A stretch of DNA of 64,000 bases from Sphingorhabdus sp. EL138. GTDB lineage: Bacteria; Pseudomonadota; Alphaproteobacteria; Sphingomonadales; Sphingomonadaceae. Positions 1 to 10,476 of the stretch are shown here, piece after piece; the first letter of the stretch is position 1, and the number at the start of each line of letters is the position of its first letter. The stretch spans positions 33,306-97,305 of the forward strand of contig NZ_CAMDCK010000010.1 of NCBI RefSeq assembly GCF_945890115.1. Direction: 5' to 3'. The translations under genes were made by a program, and so were the position numbers. The notes below the pieces were generated by a model. It was not told where the DNA came from. It made no database searches and was given only the letters and a program-made list of their open reading frames with translations.

Positions 1-247
1 ATTGCACAATGTCGGGCTTGATGACTTCAATTGCCTTGGTTGTAAGGTCCGGCTCGGGGTTCACGAGTAACAAGACGACCTTTAGCGAAGCTGGCGCACG
101 CATCCGCAGGGCGGCGGCTTGTTCCAAGCCAACATGGCGCGGGCTCTTGTCAAAATGGACAAGGCCAATGTGCGATGCACCCGCTTTGGCGGCGGCATCA
201 ACGCTGGCTTGGGTGCTCAGGCCACAGATTTTGATGTGCGTGTTCAT
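1..247 (-). CDS. trpF: Phosphoribosylanthranilate isomerase, N-terminal part (gene runs off the left edge)
   Basis: Not in the ORF track because it is open-ended. The reverse complement from the ATG at 247 reads MNTHIKICGLSTQASVDAAAKAGASHIGLVHFDKSPRHVG..., a typical TrpF N-terminus (IKICG motif). It supersedes the plus-strand ORFs 9..326 and 119..409. Confidence 0.75.
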   Translation of the reverse strand, partial: MNTHIKICGLSTQASVDAAAKAGASHIGLVHFDKSPRHVGLEQAAALRMRAPASLKVVLLLVNPEPDLTTKAIEVIKPDIVQ

Positions 248-348
248 AACGGGCGCAATAGCCGACCAATTCACTTCCGTCATGCTGAACTTGTGTTGGC
301 TGTGCCAGCCTTCGGCTCCCGCATAACGAACTGCCGCTGTTGCGTGTT

Positions 349-369
349 ATCCCGAAACAAGTTCGGGAT
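349..369. repeat. REP-like palindrome ATCCCGAA-acaag-TTCGGGAT in the pyrF-trpF spacer
   Basis: Perfect 8-bp arms. Same architecture as the palindromes at 21757, 29687, 29749 and 29889. Confidence 0.6.
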
Positions 370-437
370 GACGATATCTGGGATGGTCCTCGCAACTCCC
401 CAAGTTTAGGGGCGCACGAATGAACGAGCCGTAACGG

Positions 438-1112
438 CTAAAGCGTGCCCATAATCGCCCGTGCAGCGTCGTCAGGGCTTTCTGCTTTCGTGATCGGTCT
501 TCCGATAACCAAAATGCTCGCGCCATCGTCACGGGCCTGTCTGGGCGTTACGGTGCGTTTCTGGTCGGCGGCGGTACCGCCAGCGGGGCGAAGGCCGGGG
601 ACGACGAAGAAACCATCCTTCCACGCCTTTTTCGCGGCCTTCACTTCATGCCCTGAACAGACAATACCGTCGAGGCCAGCCTCTTGCGCAAGCGCGGCCA
701 AGCGGGCGACCTGAAGCTCTGGACTGTCGGGTACACCCACACGGTTGAGATCATGATCATCCAAACTGGTTAGCACAGTCACCGCAACCACTTTGGTATG
801 CAAGCCCGCAGCCGCTTTGGCATCCTCCATCATCGCGCGGCCACCGGCGGCATGGATTGTCACAATGGCGGGTTCAAGCACGTTGATCGCCTGCATCGCT
901 TTGGCAACGGTATTCGGAATGTCATGCAATTTGAGGTCGAGGAAAATTGGTAGGCCCAATTTCTGCACCTCATGCACGCCATGATGGCCATTGGCGCAGA
1001 AAAATTCGAGGCCGAGTTTCACTCCGCCAACCTGTCCCTTGATCCGGCGGGTCAATTCCAGCGCGTCGTCCAGATAGGGCGTATCGATGGCGACGAAGAT
1101 TGGGTTGGTCAT
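438..1112 (-). CDS. pyrF: Orotidine 5'-phosphate decarboxylase
   Basis: 224 aa. Contains VAIDTP...GGVKLGLEFF...FLDLKLHDIPNTV...VIGRPIT, the PyrF hallmarks. Confidence 0.95.
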   Translation of the reverse strand: MTNPIFVAIDTPYLDDALELTRRIKGQVGGVKLGLEFFCANGHHGVHEVQKLGLPIFLDLKLHDIPNTVAKAMQAINVLEPAIVTIHAAGGRAMMEDAKAAAGLHTKVVAVTVLTSLDDHDLNRVGVPDSPELQVARLAALAQEAGLDGIVCSGHEVKAAKKAWKDGFFVVPGLRPAGGTAADQKRTVTPRQARDDGASILVIGRPITKAESPDDAARAIMGTL

Positions 1113-1408
1113 ATCGAATCCACAGCCGTGTAAGCAGGGGGAGGAGAGGCAGGCGGCGGCAAAGCCGATGCGCGCTGGTTGCCCTCAAGCGTTAATATGC
1201 GCCGCTTCATGCGCCATATCTGTGTACGGTGCACAAGGTATAACGGCAAAAACCCAAGCAGGAATGCGACAATAACCAAGGCTGACAATTTGGTGTCCAA
1301 GCGCAGGCCGCCCCAAAGGCTGACCGATACAGGGTCCCAATTGTTGGTTGCGAACACAATCAACCCGACAATGATCGTCACCCAAATCAGCGTTTTTAGA
1401 ACTCGCAT
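1109..1408 (-). CDS. Small membrane protein with a LapA-like (DUF1049) domain
   Basis: 99 aa with two predicted TM helices and a Pro/Ala-rich tail. ATGA overlap with the pyrF start. Confidence 0.65.
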   Translation of the reverse strand: MRVLKTLIWVTIIVGLIVFATNNWDPVSVSLWGGLRLDTKLSALVIVAFLLGFLPLYLVHRTQIWRMKRRILTLEGNQRASALPPPASPPPAYTAVDSI

Positions 1409-1509
1409 CGTGCGGCTTCTCCTTTATGCACGTAGCTTAAGCAAACTTTCCCCCTTTGGGTAGGGGATAGTTCTTATTCGTCACCGCGCATTGAATAGGG
1501 GCTGCAAGT

Positions 1510-2820
1510 CTAGCCGAATACCCGTTCAAAAATTGTGTCGATGTGCTTGAAATGATAGTCAAGATTGAAACGATCTTCGATTTCCGACGCAGTCATTTTT
1601 GCGGTGACATCTGGGTCGGCTTTCAACAATTCCATTAACGATTCTGCGCCATCCGACTCCCAAACCTTCATCGCATTGCGTTGCACAATGCGGTAGCTGT
1701 CTTCGCGGCTGATACCCGCTTGCGTCAGTGCCAACAGGACGCGCTGTGAATGCACAAGCCCGCCCATGCGGTCGAGATTCTTTTGCATCCGCTCGGGGTA
1801 GATCAGCAACTTGTCGATGACACCGGTCAGGCGGCCCAACGCAAAGTCGAGCGTGATGGTGGCATCAGGTCCGATATAGCGTTCAACGCTCGAATGGCTG
1901 ATGTCGCGTTCATGCCATAAAGCGACATTTTCGAGCGCGGGTGTGACATAGCCGCGCACCATACGGGCAAGGCCCGTCAGGTTTTCGGTCAAAATCGGGT
2001 TGCGCTTATGCGGCATGGCCGAGCTGCCTTTTTGACCCGGCGAAAAATATTCCTCTGCCTCCAGCACCTCTGTGCGCTGCAAATGACGCACTTCGGTCGC
2101 CAGGCGCTCAATGGACGAGGCGATGACACCCAGTGTCGCAAAATACATGGCGTGACGATCACGCGGGATGACTTGGGTGGAGACAGGCTCAACCGCAAGG
2201 CCAAGCTTGGCGGCAACATGCGCCTCAACCTCTGGGTCAATATTGGCGAAGGTACCGACAGCCCCCGAAATCGCGCAGGTTGCGATTTCGGCGCGTGCCG
2301 CAACCAGCCGTTCGCGGCCGCGTGCAAATTCGGCATAAGCTTGCGCTAGCTTCATACCAAAGGTGACAGGTTCGGCATGAATGCCATGGCTGCGGCCGAT
2401 TGTCGGGGTGAACTTATGTTCCATCGCGCGGGTTTTGATGGCGGCGAGCAGCGCATCCATATCCGCAAGCAAAAGGTCGGTCGCTTGCGTCAATTGGACG
2501 GCTAGGCAGGTGTCGAGCACATCGGACGATGTCATGCCCTGATGCATGAAGCGCGCCTCGTCGCCTACTTGTTCGGCAACCCATGTCAGGAACGCGATAA
2601 CATCATGCTTGGTGACGGCTTCGATTGCGTCAATGGCCGCGACGTCGATAGCGGGGTTTGTATTCCACCATTTCCATAGGGCTACGGCGGCTGATGCCGG
2701 AACAACCCCGCGTTGGGCCAATGCGTCCGTCGCATGCGCCTCAATTTCGAACCAAATGCGGAAACGGTTTTCCGGCTCCCAAATCTTGACCATGTCGGGG
2801 CGGGAATAACGTGGGATCAT
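1510..2820 (-). CDS. purB: Adenylosuccinate lyase
   Basis: 436 aa. Fumarate-lyase signature GSSAMPHKRNP; full-length PurB-like sequence. Confidence 0.97.
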   Translation of the reverse strand: MIPRYSRPDMVKIWEPENRFRIWFEIEAHATDALAQRGVVPASAAVALWKWWNTNPAIDVAAIDAIEAVTKHDVIAFLTWVAEQVGDEARFMHQGMTSSDVLDTCLAVQLTQATDLLLADMDALLAAIKTRAMEHKFTPTIGRSHGIHAEPVTFGMKLAQAYAEFARGRERLVAARAEIATCAISGAVGTFANIDPEVEAHVAAKLGLAVEPVSTQVIPRDRHAMYFATLGVIASSIERLATEVRHLQRTEVLEAEEYFSPGQKGSSAMPHKRNPILTENLTGLARMVRGYVTPALENVALWHERDISHSSVERYIGPDATITLDFALGRLTGVIDKLLIYPERMQKNLDRMGGLVHSQRVLLALTQAGISREDSYRIVQRNAMKVWESDGAESLMELLKADPDVTAKMTASEIEDRFNLDYHFKHIDTIFERVFG

Positions 2821-2895
2821 AAAAAACGCTTTCGGCTGATATCGGGAGTCGTGGTTCCGTTAGCAGGCGTAAGGTTGGGCGTCAAAACGCGTGGC

Positions 2896-2928
2896 AAAAA
2901 AGAAGGGCGCGGGTTTTACGCCGCGCCC
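2896..2928 (-). terminator. Rho-independent terminator downstream of the TonB-dependent receptor
   Basis: 8-bp GC stem, GGGCGCGG (2905-2912) paired with CCGCGCCC (2921-2928). A U-run follows on the minus strand (the A-run at 2896-2904 on plus). Confidence 0.6.
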
Positions 2929-2951
2929 TGCTTATTCAAATTCTTAAACGA

Positions 2952-5564
2952 TTAGAAATCGATTGATACGCGGCCATATAGGAAGCGACCGCTGAAACCG
3001 AATGGCGATTGCGAACTGTACGGCAAGAAGGAGTTGTTAAAGCCATAGCTAACGCCATCCACGGTACCAAAGGGTAGGCGGTCTGGATATGTGTCGAGAA
3101 GGTTGTTTGCACCAAATGCCACAGAGACAGATTCAATTGGTTTAAAGCGGAACTCGAGATCTGTTACCCATTTTGGCGACAAGAAGATGTCCCCTGGAAC
3201 AGAACCGGGCGCAAGCGCGATGTTGTTGTTATTGGCTGCCGTCGAGAAGCCGCTCGGCAAGAACACTTCACCATAACGGTTGGTGCGCAGCGTCAGACCG
3301 AAATTATCATAATCCCAATCAATACCAACGTTCAGCTTGTTCTTGGGCTGCCCTTCGGTGAGACGGAAGCTTTCCTGACGTGCGAACAGGCGTTGCGCGG
3401 TGAAACCGGAAAACACCCGGCGATCCGTGATTTTCGTATCATTCAAGTTATAGCCAACGCTGACACGGAATTGGCCGAGACCGAATTCGGGTACGCGGTA
3501 GCTCGCGACGATATCGAGTCCAGTGGTCTTGGTATCGATACCATTGATGAAGAAGCGTGCCGAGCTAACGCCAGTGACGCCTGCTGCGGTCAGTAACGCC
3601 AGAACGTCTGTACCGGTGAGGTTTTCCGTGAGCGTGATGCGGTCGCTAATCTCAATATTGTAATAATCGGCGGTGATGCTCAGTCCGCTAAATGGCGTAA
3701 GGGTAACGCCTGCGCCCAGATTGATGGATTTTTCGGGCTTGAGGGGCTGTGCGCCCAAAGCGATAGCAACTGGTGATGAGACAGGGAATGTCCCGATTTC
3801 AATCAAGACGCCGCCGACATTGTTCGTGGATGTCGCGGCATAGGATTGTTGCGCAAGGCTTGGGGCGCGGAAGCCGGTCGAAACCGAACCACGCAAAGCA
3901 ACGCCATCAATCACTTCAAAACGCGCGGCGGCTTTACCATTGATGGTGTCGCCAAAGTCGCTGAAATGTTCATAACGGCCAGCTAATTGAACCGTCAACT
4001 GGTCGGTAAGATCCGCATCGAGTTCGGCGTAGCCAGCAAAGCTGTCACGCGATACGTCGGTTTCGTTGGCCGGACGGAAACCGGGGAAAACCTGCGCGCC
4101 GCCAGCCGCGTTGAATGGCGCTGCTGAAAACGGCCCATTGACGTAGCTTTGCAGTTCGCCCGCAACGATCTTGTAGTTTTCGTTGCGATATTCACCACCA
4201 AAAGCGAACGAGACGCTCTTGCCGATGCCGATGTTCAAATCACGGCGCATATCGAGGTTAATCGAGGTCTGGCCGGACCGCAGTCCGCCTGAATCAAAAC
4301 GACGCGCGCTAGCTACGCCGCCGAGCGACGTGTTGACGGTGTTTTCGATCGTGTAATCCAAACGGTTGGATCCATAGACCGCCGAGAGGTCATAGTCCCA
4401 CCCGCTCATTACGCCACGAAGGCCCGCCGCCGCAGAAATGTCGACAATATTGCTGGCGATCAATGGCAAGAAGCCGTCTGCGTACAAAGGAACGAAACTG
4501 GTCGTCGATGCCGCCCAGTCGCGGTTGCGCACGTCGGATGAACGGCGGTAGAAACCCGCGCCATTACCGTCGCGGACGCCATAGCTGCCGAAGGTATAGA
4601 ATTCGGCGGTATCAGAAAACTCGTAACCCGCGTTCACGAAGAAGTTCAGGTCTTTGGATACACCATCGCCATAACGGTGGGCATAACGGTTGAACGTCGC
4701 TTCGCGTGGGTCGCCCGCTGCGAAATAATTGCGGCGGATATCCGGGCCGGAACGGTTGGTGGGTGAACGATCCTTATATTCCGCCGTGAGGTTCACATAA
4801 CCGCTTTCACCCAATGGCAGGCCAAAGTTTGACGCGAATGTATAAGTGTCGCCATCGTTGCGTTTGCGGTCTTCGCCGGTGTACGTAATATTTGGGTTGT
4901 CAGACAGCCCAGTCGTCAACGACACGGTATCGACCTGACCAACATCTTCCATTTTAGTTGTATATTTGCCAAATGTTGCCTGCGCGCGGCCGCCCATGCC
5001 TTTTTTCAATTGGACGTTGATGACGCCAGCAATAGCGTCGGAACCATATTGCGAGGCGGCACCGTCACGCAGCACTTCGATGCGCTCAATGGCCAAGGGC
5101 GGAATGGTGTTGAGATCGACTGCGGTCGACCCACGGCCAACCGAACCGTTCAAGTTCACGAGCGCCGATTGGTGACGACGCTTGCCGTTGATGAGCACCA
5201 GAACTTGATCGGGCGCAAGGCCGCGCAATGTTGCAGGGCGCAGGGAGTCCGTTCCATCCGTCAGCGACGGCTGCGGGAAGTTGAACGATGGTACAAGCTG
5301 GTTCAGCAATTTGTTTGTTTCGGTCTGGCCGCTGTTCAACAACGCATCAGCCGAAATGATGTCAACAGGCACTGTACTGTCGGCAACGGTACGGTCCGTA
5401 CGGCGCGTGCCGGTGACGATAATGGCGTCTTGGCCAGTTGCTTCTTCAACCGCCGCATCTTGCGGGGCGCTGTCTTGCGCAGAGGCTGGATTTGCCGCGG
5501 CTACAAAAAGAGCAGTGGTCGAAACCGTTACTGCCAGTGCTGAAATGAACTTAAGCGTCTTCAT
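2952..5564 (-). CDS. TonB-dependent outer-membrane receptor
   Basis: 870 aa. Signal peptide, plug region (IIVTGTRR, TonB-box-like), long beta-barrel, C-terminal aromatic residue (…RVSIDF). Confidence 0.93.
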   Translation of the reverse strand: MKTLKFISALAVTVSTTALFVAAANPASAQDSAPQDAAVEEATGQDAIIVTGTRRTDRTVADSTVPVDIISADALLNSGQTETNKLLNQLVPSFNFPQPSLTDGTDSLRPATLRGLAPDQVLVLINGKRRHQSALVNLNGSVGRGSTAVDLNTIPPLAIERIEVLRDGAASQYGSDAIAGVINVQLKKGMGGRAQATFGKYTTKMEDVGQVDTVSLTTGLSDNPNITYTGEDRKRNDGDTYTFASNFGLPLGESGYVNLTAEYKDRSPTNRSGPDIRRNYFAAGDPREATFNRYAHRYGDGVSKDLNFFVNAGYEFSDTAEFYTFGSYGVRDGNGAGFYRRSSDVRNRDWAASTTSFVPLYADGFLPLIASNIVDISAAAGLRGVMSGWDYDLSAVYGSNRLDYTIENTVNTSLGGVASARRFDSGGLRSGQTSINLDMRRDLNIGIGKSVSFAFGGEYRNENYKIVAGELQSYVNGPFSAAPFNAAGGAQVFPGFRPANETDVSRDSFAGYAELDADLTDQLTVQLAGRYEHFSDFGDTINGKAAARFEVIDGVALRGSVSTGFRAPSLAQQSYAATSTNNVGGVLIEIGTFPVSSPVAIALGAQPLKPEKSINLGAGVTLTPFSGLSITADYYNIEISDRITLTENLTGTDVLALLTAAGVTGVSSARFFINGIDTKTTGLDIVASYRVPEFGLGQFRVSVGYNLNDTKITDRRVFSGFTAQRLFARQESFRLTEGQPKNKLNVGIDWDYDNFGLTLRTNRYGEVFLPSGFSTAANNNNIALAPGSVPGDIFLSPKWVTDLEFRFKPIESVSVAFGANNLLDTYPDRLPFGTVDGVSYGFNNSFLPYSSQSPFGFSGRFLYGRVSIDF

Positions 5565-5776
5565 ATAAAATCCCCGGATGTATGCGCATATTTTGATTAC
5601 TGCCGTAAATCTGGCACTTTAAGATATAAAGTCCAGTAAAGTCGTAAAATTGAAATATTTTGCCATCGATATGTGGCTTTGTGGCAACGCACTTCATATT
5701 GGCAAAATTACATTTAGCTGTGGATTGCTGAAATCGTTGCTTTGCGACGGCGGGCTGGCCCGCTATCGGCCTAATC

Positions 5777-8101
5777 ATGCCTGATATTGTTGATGCTCCA
5801 GCAGAAGATCCCTTTGACGCGATAGTCGATGCGCCGTTTGATGCGGCTTTGTCGGAACGTTATCTGATCTATGCAATGTCGACTATAACCGCGCGCTCTT
5901 TACCAGATTTGCGCGACGGGCTGAAACCGGTACATCGGCGTCTATTGTGGGCGATGCGCCTGTTGAAGCTTGATCCGGCCAGTGGCTACAAGAAATGCGC
6001 GCGGGTTGTCGGTGATGTGATCGGTAAATATCACCCGCATGGTGACCAGTCGGTATATGATGCGATGGTCCGCCTCGCGCAGACATTTTCCCTGCGCTAT
6101 CCATTGGTCGATGGACAAGGCAATTTTGGCAATATCGACGGCGATAATGCGGCTGCTTACCGGTATACCGAAGCGCGGCTGACCAAGACGGCAATTGAGC
6201 TCATGAACGGGCTTGACGAAAACGCGACCGATTTTCGGCCAACCTATAATGGCGAAGATGAAGAGCCAGAGGTCATGCCCGGCCTGTTCCCGAACTTGCT
6301 GGCCAATGGGGCAAGCGGCATTGCCGTGGGCATGGCGACAAGCATTCCGTCGCATAATGCCGCCGAGATTATTGACGCGGCTATGCTGTTGATTGACAAT
6401 CCACAGGCCAGCCATGAACAATTGATGGAAATCGTACGTGGTCCGGATTTTGCGACCGGTGGCGTATTGGTGGATAGCCATGCCGTCATTAGCGCCGCTT
6501 ATGCAAGCGGCCGTGGCGCCATGCGTGTGCGTGCGCGTTTCTCAAACGGTTGGCAGGATGACAGCGGCTGGGAACCGACAGGCGTTGAAAAACTGCCCGG
6601 CGGCACATGGCAATTGGTTGTCTCTGAAATTCCCTATCAAGTGCAAAAGGGCAAGCTGATTGAACAAATCGCGCAGCTCATTGCCGATAAGAAATTGCCC
6701 ATTCTCGATGATATTCGCGATGAAAGCGATGAGCAGGTCCGCATTGTGCTTGTGCCGAAAAGCCGCAATGTGGATCCTGAAGACCTGAAAAACGCCTTAT
6801 TCCGCCTGACCGATTTGGAAACGCGTTTCTCGTTGAACATGAACGTGTTGGATTCCGACCGCACGCCCAAGGTCATGGGTTTAGGCGAAGTCTTGCTGCA
6901 CTGGTTGCGGCATCAGATAGACGTGATCGTCCGCAAATCCCAGCACCGGCTTGAGAAGATCGACGGGCGGCTGGAGTTGCTGCAAGGCTATATCATCGCC
7001 TTTCTTAATCTTGACCGCATTATCGAGATTATCCGTACGGAGGATGAGCCCAAGCCCGTGATGATGATGGAATTCCAATTGAATGACCGTCAGGCTGAGG
7101 CCATTCTTAATATGCGTTTGCGGTCCTTGCGTAGGCTTGAGGAAATGGAACTGCGCCGCGAGCTTGAGGCGTTAGAGGCGGAGCGTGAAGACCTTGTAAA
7201 ATTGATCGACAGCCCGGCGCTGCAAAAGAAGCGTTTGAAAAAAGACCTGTCGGCACTGCGTAAGAATTACGCCGAAGAAACGGCGCTTGGCCGCCGCCGG
7301 ACAAGCTTGGAAGAAGCAGGGCAGGCGCGCGAGATTTCGCTTGAGGCCTTTGTGGAACGCGAACCGGTGACCGTGATCATGTCAAAACGCGGCTGGATCA
7401 AGGCGATGAAGGGGCATGCGGACCTCTCCGCACGCGCGGACTTTAAGTTCAAGGAAGGGGACGGCCCTGCTTTCGCCTTCCATGCCCAAACGACGGACAA
7501 GATCCTTATCGCCACCGCCAATGGCCGTTTCTATACCTTGGGAGCGGATAAGCTTCCCGGTGCGCGCGGTTTCGGTGACCCTGTGAGCACGATGATCGAC
7601 ATGGAAGCTGGTAACGATATTATTGCCGTTTTCCCGGCTACTGCCGATGGCCGGATGTTGCTGGCAGCGACCACCGGAAAAGGCTTTATTGCGCGCATAA
7701 GCGACGTTATTGCGGAGACACGCAAAGGACGCGGCGTTGTGACAATGAAGCCTGGCACGCAGTTGAAAGTCGTCCGCCTCGCGCCTCCGGAAACTGCGGA
7801 CGAGGCCGCCTTGCGCGACCAATATGTCGCCGTTGTGGGCGATAATCGGAAACTGGTCGTTTTCCCAATGACCGAAATCCCTGAAATGTCCAAAGGGCAG
7901 GGCGTAACCTTGCAGCGATATAAGGATGGCGGGCTTGCAGATGCCATTTGTTTCCGCATGAGCGAGGGCCTTAGCTGGGCCATGGGCGGCGACAGCGGGC
8001 GGATGCGGACAGAGAATGACATGTCATTATGGCGTGTCGCGCGCGGCGCTGCTGGCCGATTGCCGCCGCAGGGATTCCCGCGAAACAATCAATTTGATTG
8101 A
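5777..8101 (+). CDS. parC: DNA topoisomerase IV subunit A
   Basis: 774 aa. Contains [27 protein letters not shown] and [10 protein letters not shown], the GyrA/ParC motifs. Length and C-terminal domain fit ParC. Confidence 0.93.
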   Translation: MPDIVDAPAEDPFDAIVDAPFDAALSERYLIYAMSTITARSLPDLRDGLKPVHRRLLWAMRLLKLDPASGYKKCARVVGDVIGKYHPHGDQSVYDAMVRLAQTFSLRYPLVDGQGNFGNIDGDNAAAYRYTEARLTKTAIELMNGLDENATDFRPTYNGEDEEPEVMPGLFPNLLANGASGIAVGMATSIPSHNAAEIIDAAMLLIDNPQASHEQLMEIVRGPDFATGGVLVDSHAVISAAYASGRGAMRVRARFSNGWQDDSGWEPTGVEKLPGGTWQLVVSEIPYQVQKGKLIEQIAQLIADKKLPILDDIRDESDEQVRIVLVPKSRNVDPEDLKNALFRLTDLETRFSLNMNVLDSDRTPKVMGLGEVLLHWLRHQIDVIVRKSQHRLEKIDGRLELLQGYIIAFLNLDRIIEIIRTEDEPKPVMMMEFQLNDRQAEAILNMRLRSLRRLEEMELRRELEALEAEREDLVKLIDSPALQKKRLKKDLSALRKNYAEETALGRRRTSLEEAGQAREISLEAFVEREPVTVIMSKRGWIKAMKGHADLSARADFKFKEGDGPAFAFHAQTTDKILIATANGRFYTLGADKLPGARGFGDPVSTMIDMEAGNDIIAVFPATADGRMLLAATTGKGFIARISDVIAETRKGRGVVTMKPGTQLKVVRLAPPETADEAALRDQYVAVVGDNRKLVVFPMTEIPEMSKGQGVTLQRYKDGGLADAICFRMSEGLSWAMGGDSGRMRTENDMSLWRVARGAAGRLPPQGFPRNNQFD

Positions 8102-9321
8102 TTGAGGTCAGCTAAAACCGCGTTGACCGCTTGTTCCGCCATTTCGCGCTGGCGAGCGGCATCGGGAAAGCCCTCCTCTATCCAGGCCGCTTCAATGGCT
8201 TGTAGCGTTTTTGCCACGAGCGGACCGGGCGGTAGGCCCATGTTGATCAATTCGCCGCCCTTGATCGAAAGCGTTGGAATGTCCCATTGCTCCAGCTGCG
8301 CAAGACATTCCGGCACATCTGCATCAACGGCATATAGCAGCACGGCGTCGCGTGCAGTGTCGATATCGGCCCGATAAGCGATCGCGCGGACAGTAAAGGG
8401 TGTCGGGACGCCCGCACGCAACCTTTGGGCAAAGCCCTCACGCATTTTGTTGGACAGCTTCAACCGCGCCGCAACCTTATCGACCGCAACAATGTCATCG
8501 GTTAACAGCGCCAGAAAGCGCGCAGCCAGCGCAACAGGCTGCGCATATTGCACTTCGCGTTCCACAAGGTGCAGCAGGTCATCGGCGGCGCTTTTGGACA
8601 GTTCGGGCAGAAATGGCGTAAAGATACCATTTGCGATCATCAGTTCAATTGATGCAACGGGATTTTTCAATCCCAATATGCGGGTCAGTTCCTGCGCGAT
8701 GCGTTCGCGCGATAAGGCGGTCAGCCCATGCGCGCCAACTGCGCATGCCCGAATGGCGTCGGCGTCAATCTGCCCGCCTCCATATCGGGCAAGGAACCGG
8801 AAATAGCGCAATATCCGCAAGAAATCCTCAGCGATCCGTTGATTGGCATCGCCAATAAACCGCAGTCTGCGGGCCTCCAGATCGCTGAGCCCTTCAAAAT
8901 AGTCGAAGACTTCGCCGCTTTTGGGGGCAGCATATAAAGCGTTGATCGTGAAGTCGCGTCGTGCCGCGTCCTCTTGCCAATCTGTAGCAAAAGCAACCGT
9001 GGCGCGGCGGCCGTCGGTTGCAACATCGCGCCGCAATGTGGTGATTTCGTAATTTTTACCATCCACAGCGGCGGTCACGGTGCCATGTTCAATGCCAGTC
9101 GGAATGGCCTTAATGCCCGCAGTGTCCAAACGGTTGATGACTTCATCTGGCAATAACGCCGTTGCGATATCAACATCGGATACCGGCAAACCAAGCAGCG
9201 TGTCGCGCACCGCGCCGCCCACATAACGCGGACCGCCATAAACATCATCCAGCGCAGCCAAAACCCGTTTCAGGCCATCATTATGCTGCCATTCGGCATC
9301 GGGCAAGCGCACCGACGTCAT
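8089..9321 (-). CDS. cca: CCA-adding tRNA nucleotidyltransferase / poly(A) polymerase family protein
   Basis: GGAVRDTLLG...DVDIAT nucleotidyltransferase motif. The start is set at MTSVRLPD (ATG 9321), which overlaps the upstream gene's stop as ATGA. The track ORF extends to 9387. Confidence 0.85.
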   Translation of the reverse strand: MTSVRLPDAEWQHNDGLKRVLAALDDVYGGPRYVGGAVRDTLLGLPVSDVDIATALLPDEVINRLDTAGIKAIPTGIEHGTVTAAVDGKNYEITTLRRDVATDGRRATVAFATDWQEDAARRDFTINALYAAPKSGEVFDYFEGLSDLEARRLRFIGDANQRIAEDFLRILRYFRFLARYGGGQIDADAIRACAVGAHGLTALSRERIAQELTRILGLKNPVASIELMIANGIFTPFLPELSKSAADDLLHLVEREVQYAQPVALAARFLALLTDDIVAVDKVAARLKLSNKMREGFAQRLRAGVPTPFTVRAIAYRADIDTARDAVLLYAVDADVPECLAQLEQWDIPTLSIKGGELINMGLPPGPLVAKTLQAIEAAWIEEGFPDAARQREMAEQAVNAVLADLNQSN

Positions 9322-9890
9322 GCCAGCCGCCGCACGAGATTGGCGATGATCCCCGCTGTCACGCCCCATATCCGTCTTTCGCCCCATTGCATGTCATAAT
9401 AGCTGCGTTGTTGCCCATTCCAAGCGGCCTCTTTTCGAACCGAATTGGCAGGATCAAGCAAGAAGGCAAGCGGCACTTCGAAATAGTCTTCGACCTCTTG
9501 CGGGTTGGGCCGCATGACAAGGTCAGCGGGAATGAAGCCGATAACGGGCGCGATGCTGTATCCGCTGCCGGAGAAATAGGTGTCAGCCACGCCAATGACC
9601 TCAACCTGTGTAGGCAGGATGTCTAATTCTTCATGCGCCTCACGCAAGGCCGCCGCGATCGCGCTTTCGTCGCTTTCGTCAACCTTGCCTCCCGGAAAGG
9701 CCACCTGGCCTGCATGGCTGCGCAACCACAAGGGGCGCTGGGTCAAGATGACACCCGGTTCCGCCCGATCCGTTATGGGGATCAGGACGGCTGCTGCGCG
9801 GTGGGTGTCGACGGCAAAATGCCGTTCGTCCTCAATTTCTATGCTGAGCGCTGGATCAAGCGCCGCTTGCAACCTGTGCCGCCAATTCAT
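9318..9890 (-). CDS. NUDIX hydrolase, CoA pyrophosphatase-like
   Basis: 190 aa. Nudix box GGKVDESDESAIAAALREAHEELDI. ATGA overlap with the upstream DUF1285 gene. Confidence 0.8.
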   Translation of the reverse strand: MNWRHRLQAALDPALSIEIEDERHFAVDTHRAAAVLIPITDRAEPGVILTQRPLWLRSHAGQVAFPGGKVDESDESAIAAALREAHEELDILPTQVEVIGVADTYFSGSGYSIAPVIGFIPADLVMRPNPQEVEDYFEVPLAFLLDPANSVRKEAAWNGQQRSYYDMQWGERRIWGVTAGIIANLVRRLA

Positions 9891-10438
9891 GCAGGCGCCG
9901 CCAGTTGGAATTGCGCACCTTTACTCCAAATGCATGGGTTTTCGGCATTTTCCGCCAGCGCCAAATTGGCAAGTTCATAATAGACTGGGCGTGCAAGCTT
10001 CGCCAACATCCCGCCGCGCACATGCACATATAACATCCCGCCGCGCATTTCGATGGCGTGATCGGCATCGGCAAAAACGAGATCGTCGCTGTTGAGCCGG
10101 AACGCGAGGCTGCGCTCTGGTCCTGCGCCTTCGCTTTGCAATTCGACCGCGATGAACGGGACGTCGTCGACCATGATCGACAGCTTTTGCTGCGGCGTCA
10201 CAAGCCAATATTGTCCATCGGCATCGCGGCGCAATAGGCTGGAAAAGGCGCGGACCATGGCTGGCCGCTTAATTTCCCCGCCCTGATGAAACCATTTGCC
10301 GTCCGACGCGATCCGCATTTCACTGTCGCCGATATTGGCCGGTTCCCAACTTTCGACAGGTGGCAGTTTTCGCGTCGCAACAAGCGCCGCAATATCGGAC
10401 AGACTAAGCTTTGCGAGATCAGGTGCTTCATAAGGCAT
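9887..10438 (-). CDS. DUF1285 family protein
   Basis: 183 aa. The sequence and its position beside the CoA pyrophosphatase and cca genes resemble the conserved alphaproteobacterial arrangement (from memory, not searched). Confidence 0.7.
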   Translation of the reverse strand: MPYEAPDLAKLSLSDIAALVATRKLPPVESWEPANIGDSEMRIASDGKWFHQGGEIKRPAMVRAFSSLLRRDADGQYWLVTPQQKLSIMVDDVPFIAVELQSEGAGPERSLAFRLNSDDLVFADADHAIEMRGGMLYVHVRGGMLAKLARPVYYELANLALAENAENPCIWSKGAQFQLAAPA

Positions 10439-10476
10439 GAGAACGCGATACGTCCAATCAGGCCAATCGTCAAAGC

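Noticed and set aside
9-409. Plus-strand ORFs 9..326 and 119..409 and minus-strand ORF 198..395 at the left edge
   Set aside because: Their translations are low-complexity with no recognisable family. The minus-strand frame starting at 247 gives a clean TrpF N-terminus instead, and the rest is pyrF-trpF spacer containing a REP palindrome.
5565-5776. Riboswitch (cobalamin or TPP) or Fur box upstream of the TonB-dependent receptor
   Set aside because: Reading the minus-strand leader, I found no B12-box, no TPP CUGAGA/ACCUGA core and no convincing 19-bp Fur palindrome. Only the 9-bp inverted repeat is reported.
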